NCBI RefSeq assembly: GCF_006345805.1 | Contig: NC_042998.1 | Span: 79,794,001 to 79,858,000 of the forward strand | Direction: 5' to 3' | DNA length: 64,000 bases | Source: Octopus sinensis | Taxonomy: Eukaryota | Part shown: positions 37,247 through 48,419 of the stretch, in pieces | How the letters are laid out: the number at the start of each line of letters is the position of its first letter | Numbering within the stretch: the stretch's first letter is position 1 | The notes under the pieces: model-generated | What the model was told of the DNA's origin: nothing | Database searches by the model: none | The model's input: only the letters and a program-made list of their open reading frames with translations | Translations under genes and position numbers: made by a program

Positions 37247-37441
37247 GTTTTTAGAGACTGTCAGTAAGCAACTTTAAAATTAGCATGCGGAATAAAATTC
37301 CCCTCTCCAGCGTAGAGACTCGTGCATGTGCGTGTGTGGGCGTAGGCGGGTGTCCTCCACATGCGCGATTCAAGTCAGCAACCCAAAGTTCAGTCAATTT
37401 CTGTAATGTTGTTTTACTCTGTTAAATCTCTCAATAAATGC
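37247..37441 (+). other. Candidate non-coding (5'UTR or lncRNA) exon
   Basis: Strong acceptor ttttttattattttgtttccatacag| and donor tgc|gtaagt; CpG-rich body; stops in all three frames. Confidence 0.4.
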
Positions 37442-39009
37442 GTAAGTGTCACAACTTTTATTTTTCCAGTAAACATCTCTTTTATAAAATAAAACAGATG
37501 AATGTGAACGGCATAACGTTTATGCCTTTCTTGGCTGAGTTAACCCTGTTATTGCATCTCAACAGTATTAGATGTCTGAAATATCTGTTATGTATAAGAA
37601 TGATATCTTACACAACAGAGTTGACCATCCGTTGGTGAATATTGTTCGTCATGAATCAAACATTGATTACTACTACATAAATGTGTGAAATAACTATCAT
37701 TGTATGTAGAGGTTTGGTTGAACAAATGGGATAAATAGAACTCAGTATTTACTTTTATCTTATTTTTAATCGGCATCTCAGCCCTTGGGCCACTTTATAA
37801 TTTATGTCTATTAAAATTAATTAAAATATTATTTTATGTGTGAAGGTGGGTTCGTATAGTAAATTGTATGTAAAAGCATGTCATGACATGTGGTCGGTTC
37901 ACATACATGCTTGTCAGTGCAGAGCCATACGTTGATATCGTTAGTCAGGCCAGTACTTTGAGTACAGATGCTTCCGAGAACACTTCAAGTTTTGCTTCTT
38001 ACACTTAGGAGCATTATGCTATTTCAATTATTCTTTCCTGTGCCCCCTTTTTCCCAATTGTACTATTCCAGAGCTTCAAATTTTTGCCAAGCCTGACACT
38101 GATGTTGTCCAGCAAGATGACTTTATCTTATTTTGGTACTCTGGATAGAAAGCAATATAACTTAACATAAAATTATTCTTAAGCTTCCGTATCTATATTA
38201 AATGTGGTTAGCATATACATTAATGACTGTCACCTATCTTTAAGCAGAAAGTCCTTCATCTTTCACAGATGCCAGCTGAAAGTTCATGTAACCAGTCAGT
38301 CAGATCACTGTAAGCCACAAAGCCTGCTTCATGTAAATACTGCTCGTATGATAGTTTTTCCCTTCCAAAAAACGGTTTATCCACTATCACATTGGATTCA
38401 GCTGTCCTTCAATAGTTAAGGATTATAATACTGTCAATACCGAAATGTACCAATTCCCTAGAACTGAGGCCTTGGTGTCATTCTGGTCTTGTGAAGTATT
38501 CAAATATTTCAAAATTCAAATTTTGTTTAGTTTTATTTATTTTGCACGTAAAAATGTGATCCCTCTGAATACAGAGATTCAGTTCTAGCTTTTTCCCAAT
38601 GCAGTGTGGACAGAACTGACCCTAATAAGGGTTGCTTTGATGCATCTGCTGGAAGACACTTCTATCTTAGATCAAATGTCTAGCAACCATTGTACAACTA
38701 CTGTCTATGCTTTTTCATGACTAGCAGTTCCCAAATGTCACAATACTGATCCTGTTGTCACCAGACAATCATCGGTGGACTTTGAGAGAGAGAGAAAGAG
38801 AGAGCAATCTGGAACATATTTATGCATTTTTCTTTTCTTGAGCATAGAAACAATCTTGACTGAGATACTTTTGGCCCTAAATTAGTGTAAGACAATTCAA
38901 GGTAGCAAACTGTTACAACCATCATTCACCATCACAGCCACAGAAAGTGTGATCAACTTTACTTCTTTTGCTGGACTTTGGCCTTCACAGTGCTCTACAC
39001 GTGGGAGGT

Positions 39010-39393
39010 GGAGGCGCAATGGCCCAGTGGTTAGGGCAGCGGACTCACGGTCGTAGGATCGCGGTTTCGATTCCCAGACCGGGCATTGTGAGTGTTTATT
39101 GAGCGAAAACACCTAAAGCTTCACGAGGCTCCTGCATGGGGTGGTGGTGAACCCTGCTGTACTCTTACACCACAACTTTCTCTCACTCTTTCTTACTGTT
39201 TCTGTTGTACCTGTATTTCAAAGGGCCAGCCTTGTCACACTCTGTGTCACGCTGAATCTCCTCGAGAACTACGTTAAAGGTACACGTGTCTGTGGAGTGC
39301 TCAGCCACTTGCATGTTAATTTCACGAGCAGGCTGTTCCGTTGATCGTATCAGCTGGGACCCTCATCGTCGTAACCGACGGAGTGCTCCTAAA
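39010..39393 (+). mobile_element. Full-length tRNA-derived SINE with a 13-bp TSD
   Basis: A box tggcccagtggttagg, B box ggtttcgattcc. acacgtgggaggt at 38997-39009 and 39394-39406. Confidence 0.92.
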
Positions 39394-41179
39394 ACACGTG
39401 GGAGGTAAGTGAAGTTGTAACACTTGCTCAGATTTCCACCTTGAGTCTTCATAAGGAAAAGGTTACTTTCACTGGTTGACTCCAAGCAATGCATTTCAAA
39501 GCAATATCGATAGCAGAAATGATGCCAACAGAAAATCAACTCTGTGTTTCTCTCAGATTCAGCAAAAACAAAGCTACTTCAACAGTGCTTCGATTAAAAT
39601 ATCCTTTATAAACCTAGAACATTGCAACACTGATGAAAACACAATGTACTCTAAAGGCAGACATTTCTACACCTTCATGGCTTCATGGCAAGAAAACTTA
39701 AAGACTGGTTTGACAAGAACAATACTCGTTTCACAGAGCCAATTACCACCCCCTCTCCTGGGAACTTCCTTTTAAAATCCATCCCTCATTCTCAGTATTG
39801 TTCCTTTCCTCTTTATTTTCCATTGATAAACCCTTTCTGTGCCTCCAGTTATCTTTCCCTCCCCAATGAAGTACATTTTAGGAGTGCTATATCTCATCTT
39901 TAACACTCTCATCTGCTATCATTCTTTGCCATCAGCACTCCCTCTTTGTTCTCCACACACTATAGCAACCTCTACATTCCTCTGACATCCATCTCTGTCA
40001 CTGTACATTCTCTCTCTCCCCCCTCTCTCTTCACACATCATCTCCTTATTTTTAGATCTATCTACAGGTTTGTTACACTGTTGCTCTTTTTAGTATTATT
40101 TTGTTTAATCCCTTACTTTAAATTAAACTAACCAACCCAAATATTCTACCTGTTTTATTTTCAAACTCGCCAGATTCTGCCTCTCACACCTATTCTACAA
40201 TATCATTCTAAAAATAAATAATCACATCTTCGAAATCACAAAGCTACAAGATAATACATAATCAATTTCTAAAAATGTGAATAAATAAGTGTTACATTGA
40301 CTAAGTAACCTGAATGCTAAAGTGTGTTAATTTTAAGAATGATAAAGTCAGATTAATATAAAGCTGTTTGTGTTTAGCAATAAACTGTGTTATATAAGGG
40401 ACTACTTTTTGGTTATTATCTGTGTTAGGGGAAATAGCGTTGGTGGTAGTGGATTGATAAAGTAATAAAAAGTTTAAGAAACACTGGTCTACGACATACT
40501 TGATATACAAAGAACAATTGTTGTAGTAGTTTGCTACAAAAACTTGATATATAAACAATAAAATGCACTGCTTACATAATATATTTAAGACAGAAATGAC
40601 AGCAGGAGTAGCAGTTTTCAAGAGATATTCTATAACCATGATACTACTATATTATTGTTGGTCTTAGGAGTTCACAGACGTACTGTACCAAATATTTATT
40701 TTAGATTGTTGTGGAAGTTCTATCTCTACCATCTGGAATAGATGCTGCTTTCATTGAAAGAAAAAAGATGGCCTTCTAAACTGAAGAGAATATCACATTG
40801 AATCATTTTGATAATATCTATAGGTGAATAAAAGAATACAATCTTTTCACATGAAGAATATCAGTATTTTGTGTTAGACCCAGAGAGAGAACAGAAAATG
40901 AAATGTTTACACTGGATAGGATATACAAAAAATCTTGAGAACAGAAGCATTTGTCACATCTATTTTTCAAATATCAAACATTAGATGCACAACAAATTGC
41001 TGAAACAACAATATACTAGCTGCTTTGTAATTACCCTCATTAAGTTTCTAGTCTATTTAGTGTATGCCTCTTATTTTTTTTTTTCCTTCGTTTTTTTCTA
41101 GTATCAACAAATGAATTACCATAGTTGATGGCATATAGGATGCAATTTAAAAAAAAAAAACACATCTGAACAAAATCGC

Positions 41180-41330
41180 ATTTGATCCTATGTGGGAAGC
41201 TGACCCGCCTTTATACTTTAATACACTAAAAACTTTTTTCCCGAGCGTGCGCTGCTGAAACTGGAATGCATCTGATATGCCCATGTGTTTCATTTACCCA
41301 TGCATCTTTTATGCTATCAAACAGTATCTT
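41180..41330 (+). mobile_element. DNA-transposon terminal fragment (second copy at ~46755-46888)
   Basis: Shared cactaaaaacttttttcc..gag..gctgctgaaa...tgcatcttttatgc.atcaaa..agta. The end resembles a pogo/Tc2-type terminus. Confidence 0.5.
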
Positions 41331-42457
41331 GTTCAACATCACTGGCTTTTAGATGCCTTCAGTGGCACACTCCCCATCGCAAGCATTCAGTCTAGGTCCC
41401 CAGACTGAAGATAATTTTCCTCATCCCTCTCTCCTTCCAGTTTCAGAGATACTGAGAAATACCATCAGCACTAGCCTTCCTCGTCTGACCAAATCATATA
41501 AAAACAAATTACCCCAACTCCCACAACCAAATGCAAAATATGATAATCTACTTGTTGAACATCACAAAGTAAATTTCCAATGGGTCAAGTCTACAACCTG
41601 GGCTTAATTCTTGGGCAGAACCATTTCACTTAACTTATTCAAATAATGGGATTCATTTAAAAAGAAAATTATAAACTTTGTCTCCATAAATTCAACTATG
41701 ATCAATATAACTTAGAAAGAAAGAGCCTCTACCATATTGCCTTGTTCTTGTGCTACATAACAAAAAATTCCTTCAGTATTATCCCAATAACCTAATAGAT
41801 TATGGAACATTAGTATAGAGTTCAGTAAACAAATCATTATCTATCAGAAGGAAGATGTTCTTTTTTTAATTATTTATTTATTGTATCTTTTTTGCTAATT
41901 TCTAGAGTAGTACTTAATGTGTTGTATGTAAAATATATTTAAATCTTGTCTCTATTTAAAAAGACTGAGAACTAAAAGTTCATCTGTTGACATTAGAAGA
42001 GAGCCATACCTATCTTAGTTACTGCAAAGAATCTATTGTTAACTATAAAAATATCTGTTTCAAGTAAGACGAATGAATAATTAAATTATCAGTTGTTAAT
42101 GATGACAATAACAAATGATACAATGGTATTTTCGTTATAACAATTAGCAAGAAATTAAATATTAAAGATAGCAAGAAAAGTAATATTTTGATCGAGATTG
42201 CAATAATTATAATAGTCTAATTAATTATTTATCAATTCTTAGAAAGAAATTACACATTTTCTCTCTTTTTTATTATTATTATTTCTGATTAGGCTGTGTG
42301 GTTGAGAAGTTTACTTGTCAACCCCATGCTTTCAGGTTCAGTCCTACTGCATAGCATCTTGAGCAAGTATCTTTAATGATATCTTCAGAGTAACCAAAGC
42401 CTTGTGGATTGATTTGGTACATGGAAACTGAATATTCTCTCTCTCTCTCTCTATATA

Positions 42458-42526
<69 letters not shown>

Positions 42527-44519
42527 TATATATATATATAGAGAGAGAGACAGAAAGACAGACAGAGACAGATATAAAATTAAATAAACAAGAAGAGAGC
42601 TAGAATTATTTTAATCAACTTCCTTAGGTTACAGCTATTTCTGCTATTAGATGCAGTGCACTCAAAGCTGTGTGCTTGTGCATCACATTATACCTTCAAG
42701 CACTCAGCTCTTAGTAGACTGTATCTTATAACAGAAACAACTGCAAGCTAATGATGCTGACTACGTAATAACTGTTCCCTTGTTATTTATTTAATTTCAA
42801 ATTATGCTCTGCACTCAACTAATGCTTTATTCTGAAGCATATGTTTATTGAGTTCTGATAGCTTATCAATATCACTGCATCTAAATGATATCTTGAAATA
42901 TAGATGTGTTTGTGTGCCTCCTTGACTTGACTTCATATGATATTTGTAAACATATGATATTTGTAAATAAGTGTCACTGTCATACAAGAAGTGCTTTTCA
43001 TTTATAATTTTCCGTAAATCATGGGTAAAAATTACCTGGCTTGGAAACCAGTGAGTTTTTGCAACAGAAAGAATATCTGGCTGTAGAAATTCTATGAATT
43101 CTATCTGACCCATGCAAATTTGGAAAAACAGATGTTAAAACGATGATGATAAAGATGATGATGATGATCTACTGGATACTCGGATTACTGTCATAGATTT
43201 TTTTTTCTTGAGCCCTAGAACTCATAAGGTTAGTTATCCAGTTTCCATGTATATAACTGATTGAGATCTCAACATTTCCCCTGAAAGAGATATCAGTCCG
43301 TGGCAGGGTTTAAGGCTAGCAATTTTTAAGAGGAGGGGAACAAGTCAATTATATTGACCCCAGTACTTCACTAGTACTTTACTTTATCAACCTTGAATGG
43401 ATGAACATGTTGCATTGCACTATCTTAACTCCAAATACCTGCAACAAAGGATAGGATTTTGTGTGTGCATGTGTGAGTGAGAGAGGTAGGGAGACAACAG
43501 AGCACAATATGCCAATGACTGAGTTAACCATGAGCCTCTGAAGCAAATGCGGGTGGTTTTTGCATGGTGGATCAACCTGTTAAATATTATCAACCAAAAA
43601 TTAATCCCCACTTCTCAAATACTTCCCCTTGCTTAGTTGAGCAATCTTTTTCTTTTTCTGTCTGGCTAGTTACTTGACAACCTCACTAGTGCAGGTAAAA
43701 TGAGAAAAACATCCCATAAACTCAAAGTGCTTGATATTAAGAAGGACATCCTGTTATAGAAATCCTGCCAGAGCTGAACTGGGGCTCAGTGCAGTCCCGT
43801 GGTTCACTAGACCCTGTCAAATTATCCAATGAATGCCAGCATGGGAAATAGGCATTAAGTGATAATGATGATGATGATGGACAAACTACCCTCTATCAGC
43901 ATATCTGTCTTTAAAAAGAACACATTCGATAATGTAGTCCTAGGTACACCTGTTGCAAAAAACAAAAAAAAAAAAGCAGGATAGTCATGGTTTGGACAAC
44001 CTTGACCTTGGCAATTGGTTGTTGGATCACAGCTGAACTGGAGCTAAATATTAGAAACATCATCCTTATGAATCATTGTGTCACCATCCAATGAAGCAGT
44101 CAAGTGAACATTAGGATTCTATACAAAATATGTAATCTGAATTGTTTACAAGTTTGATGTAAAGTAAAAAATTTGAATTAAACATTTCTATATTTCTTAT
44201 ATATACAAAGAGGACCTAGATTTACAGAGGCACTATAGTATTCTTGCTTCTCTTTATTGAATATTGTGTTGAGGAAAGATTTTCATTTCTAAGATGACAT
44301 GAATCTTTTAGTGCCTATAATCCCTTCTTGGAAATATGTGAAAATATCATTCACTAGATCTAAGAGATTATACTGCTTAGAAAAAATATTACTTTTTTTT
44401 TTCATATTTAATCAATAATCTGACTGGAAATGGCTATTTTTATTTTTTATTTACTATTTCTTTCTTTTTACCAGATCCAGATTGGATTGGATCAGACTGA
44501 GCTCAGAATTGACAAGGTT

Positions 44520-44790
44520 ATTGTATCAATTTGTTGGTTCCTAAAATAGGGCAACCAACCATCTCAACTTTAAAAAGTACTTTTACTGGTGAAAATATAG
44601 GGACTAATTTAGATATGAAATCATTAACATCTACATCATTTACAGCTTTGGTTCTCAAATTTCTCCATTCACCAATGACACATTGAGAAAGGAAATGTTT
44701 CCTCACGTCTAGTCTCACATTTTAGTTAGAAATTTTTATCACATGATCATAAGTGTGAGTAGTAGCACTAATCATGAAAACATTTTGGAT
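44520..44790 (-). pseudogene. CR1/L2-type LINE ORF2 C-terminal remnant
   Basis: RLDVRKHFLSQCVIGEWRNLRTKAVNDVDVNDFISKL matches the CR1-type R..FFS.RV...WN.LP..VV....V..FK..L motif. Confidence 0.75.
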
Positions 44791-44959
44791 TTCAGGTGTA
44801 GGTATGGCCGTATGATTAAGAAGTTTATTTCCCAATCACATGATCTTGGGTTTGTCCCACTGTGTGGCAATTTCAGCAAGTATTTTCTTTTATAGCCCTT
44901 GGACCATCAAAGTCTTGTGAGTTGATTGGCTGAGAGAAACTAAAATAAGCCTATAATAC

Positions 44960-45001
<42 letters not shown>

Positions 45002-45049
45002 AGAACAATCTTACTTAGAAAGGGATGCGTGCGTTCCGTCATATAATAT

Positions 45050-45585
45050 ATTAATAAATAAAACATATGCATATATATATACATATATGTACGTACATAC
45101 CTCTACATGTATATATACACGCATATATGAGTACAGGACACCAAAAAAACATCGAACACAATGAGAAACGAAAACATAGACACAAACCCAAGGAACTGGA
45201 CATTTTTCTTAAACAACAAAAAAATAGAGTACAGGACAAATAACACAAGGAAAAAACCCCTTCTTCAGTCGCCATGGTTTCATCTACTCTATGTTTCGAA
45301 GGTGAAGGCGAGACGTATCTTCGATAGAAACTTTCCTTCCTGCGAAAAGCAAATCAAATAAAATTTGAGATCTTTTTGCAGAGGGGTAAAAATGGTAACA
45401 AAAACAGGACAGTAACGACAGTACAAAATATAAGCAGTAAAAGACAGGACAAGGAAAATAACAAGACAAGAAGGGCTGTTAAGCCGAACGAAAAAAAGTA
45501 TTACGAACGCTATTTCTGTGACTAGTCAACAGACTGAAATATTCATCATCTGAAAGTCTCCACTCTTTGCTTTCTTTTGTTTTGC
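45050..45585. mobile_element. Unclassified interspersed repeat inserted beside (TA)n, possibly a Penelope-like terminal region
   Basis: Strand-skewed, CpG-retaining segment between TA tracts; ctgaagaagggg and cgaaac occur on the minus strand. Confidence 0.35.
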
Positions 45586-45699
45586 ATGTATATATTATCA
45601 TCACCATTTAACGTCTGTTGTCCATGCTGGCATGGGTTGGATGGTTTGACCAGGGTGGCATGTAGGAAGGCTGCACCAGACTCCAATTTGTTGGCAGGT

Positions 45700-46500
45700 T
45701 TGTTTGAGCTGCGAAAACCACAACAACAACAGTTGAAAGAATGACAACAGCAGATACAACTGCAAGAGCAACAACAACAATCAATATTACAGCAACAAAT
45801 ACTGCAATTACTGAAATCATCAAGAAAGCCAGAAAAATGTTCTTGCCAGACTATATTGCAAATTCAATTACTGAATTCAAATATGAACCTGAAGCATACT
45901 ACAGAAGATATAAGCAAATCTTTGAGAAAGAATGTAACTTGGGACAACAAGATGAAAACTTGCTCAATCCTGAGAAAATTGGTGCCAACAGAACATGAAC
46001 GATACAATCATTTTGTACTTCCCAAAATAACTTTTGGACATAAACTTTAATGACACAATTGATATATTGTGTAAAATTTTCCGTGATAAAAAGCTTATTG
46101 TTCTACACACACTGGAAGTGTTTGAACATAGAGAAAAACAAGAAAGACTTTATCACATTTGATGGTAGAGTAAACACAGAATTTGAGAAGTTTAAGCTGG
46201 ATAAATTAAGTCCAGATGTTCAAATGCCTCATTTTTATACAGGGACTAACTGCTGAAATGGACGCTGGAGCAAAAGCAGGATATAACCCTGCAAAAGTGG
46301 AATAGTCTGAATAGAGATAATGTGTTTACTGAAAATACAACAAACCCATGTTTTGCATATGGTGGTATGCACCTGAGGAAAAATTGTCCATCTAAAAAAG
46401 CAGAGTTTTCGTTGTGGTAATATAGGACATATAAAGACATACTGTAGGATGAAGATGATAAAATGTCAGAAAAAAAGTAAAAAAAATAACGTTCTTCATG
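45700..46500 (+). pseudogene. Gypsy-type gag remnant
   Basis: IANSITEFKYEPE..YRRY..IF, EHERYNHFVLPK, WKCLN...DFITF..VNTEFEKFKLDKLSPD, and a decayed zinc knuckle PCFAYGGMHLRKNCP. Confidence 0.7.
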
Positions 46501-46691
46501 AGAAAAAAGGGTAATACAATGAACACAAAATTCATACAGGTGAAAATTTAAAATATTTGTGTAAAAATAATGCAGCCAATAAGGTCCAATTAACATCAGT
46601 ATCACAACTCATTATATTCATTTATCCTATTTTACTATATTTATCAGAGTCACTGTTGTGATAGTCATGTTTGGTTTCTGAAGTACCATAT

Positions 46692-46732
<41 letters not shown>

Positions 46733-47577
46733 AAATAAAGTCTTTAAAAAATCACCCTGAGTCCTATATGCAAAGTTGCTTTAAATATTACATGCTTTAA
46801 TGCACTAAAAACTTTTTTTCCTGAGTGCTGCTGAAATTGTGGTATGTCTAATATGCTTGTGCATCTTTTATGCCATCAAATATAGTATGTCAATATCATA
46901 CATCAACAAGCATTTCATCTAATTTGTGCTTCTTGTTTACCAGTTTCTGGTATTCTGTGCTTCCAAGAGTTTTTTTAGCTGTTATTAGTTCATTTTTCCC
47001 CAATATTCCAGCACTGTAACAACATATAAAACTGCTTTATATCAAACTATTTAAATATCAAGGAATAATATTCTTCAGCATTTTGTTTTTGTTTTTGTTT
47101 TTTTACTCTGGTGCGTTTCTCCTAAATTTTGGTCAAGCAAGAGATTAACATTTTTCATTTCTACATATTCCAGAGCATGCATGATGAAAGATTAGCAGTG
47201 AGAAAATAAAAGCATTCTATAGAAATTGTATTTCAAAACAAATAAAATAAATAATATTCACAATGTCAACAGGGTGGTGGTGGAGTAGTTAGATAAAACA
47301 GTTCAAGATATTATATAAAATTAATTGTATTTGTTTTGTTAGAATAGAGGTAGAAAAGTTATTGGTGAAAGATAAACAAAATAATAGACATTCTTTAATA
47401 GATAAGTTTTTAGACAAATAAAGAAATAATGTTTACGACTCCAAAAAAAGAAATTTGGCTAGCACATCAACATTTAGAGAATGTGTCCCAATTATTGACG
47501 AATTGGTGAGTAACAGACGTTTTACACTAATTTGAAAGAAAACTCGTGCTGAAACTGTCAGATCAGCAGAACATGCA

Positions 47578-47975
47578 TTTCATCATCATTTAACATTCAC
47601 TTTCCATGCTACCAAGGGTTAGACGGTTTGACTGGAACTGGTAACCCAGAGAGTTGTATCAGGTTCCAGTCTAATTTGGCATGGTTTTCTACAGCTGGAT
47701 GCCCTTCTTAACACCAATCACTCCAAAAGTGTAATGGGTGCTTTTTACATGCAACTGGCATGGGTGCCATTTGCGTGACACAGGCAATCGCTATGGCTAT
47801 GATTTCATGGGTGCCATTTACATGACACTGACTAGAGCCATGACTATGATTTTATTTGGTTTGATAAATCTTCTCAAGCACAGCATATTGCCAAAAGTCT
47901 CAGTCACTTCTCATCATCTCCATGAAGCCCAATGTACAAAGATCATGCTTCACCACCTCACCCCATGTCTTCCCT
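47578..47975 (-). mobile_element. RTE 3' fragment
   Basis: (cat)n tail plus tcatgcttcaccacctca, the reverse complement of the EVVKHD-coding region. Confidence 0.8.
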
Positions 47976-48148
47976 TTGAAATGATTAAATATTGTAAGTT
48001 TTTTGGATAATTTTCGGTTTTTAAAAGTTGGCATTTTGTTATTGCCGGCGAAGGACTGCGTCTGCGCAGTAGATTTTGAAAAAATTAGGATGTCTAAACA
48101 AGAGGCACATAGTTGATCGCCTCGTGTTTATATATTTAATCTAAGGTG

Positions 48149-48229
48149 TTCCTGTTGAAAACGTTTTCACCTCGCGAGTAAAAGTTATTTACTTGCTAAA
48201 CTAAAATCAGAAACCAATTGGTCCAGGAA
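48149..48229 (+). ncRNA. Decayed type I hammerhead ribozyme
   Basis: Stem I ttcctg/caggaa (6 bp); core ttgaaaa (2 changes from CUGANGA); GAAAC-caattg-GTC with a palindromic stem/loop III. Confidence 0.55.
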
Positions 48230-48419
48230 ATTAGATTAGTAAAATGTTTTTATTTTTTCATTTTGTTCCTGTCGAATTTTATCCCTAATTTTGTGGTTAT
48301 AGAACCTAGCTGTTCTTTCTAGCATGTTGAGTCCCATGAGTGGATTCCTTATGTGTTTAAATGTACACTGTATTTTATATATATATATCATCATCATCAT
48401 ATATATATATATATATTTG

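Noticed and set aside
45255-45335. Minus-strand ctgaagaagg and cgaaac motifs
   Set aside because: Order and pairing do not assemble into a hammerhead in this copy.
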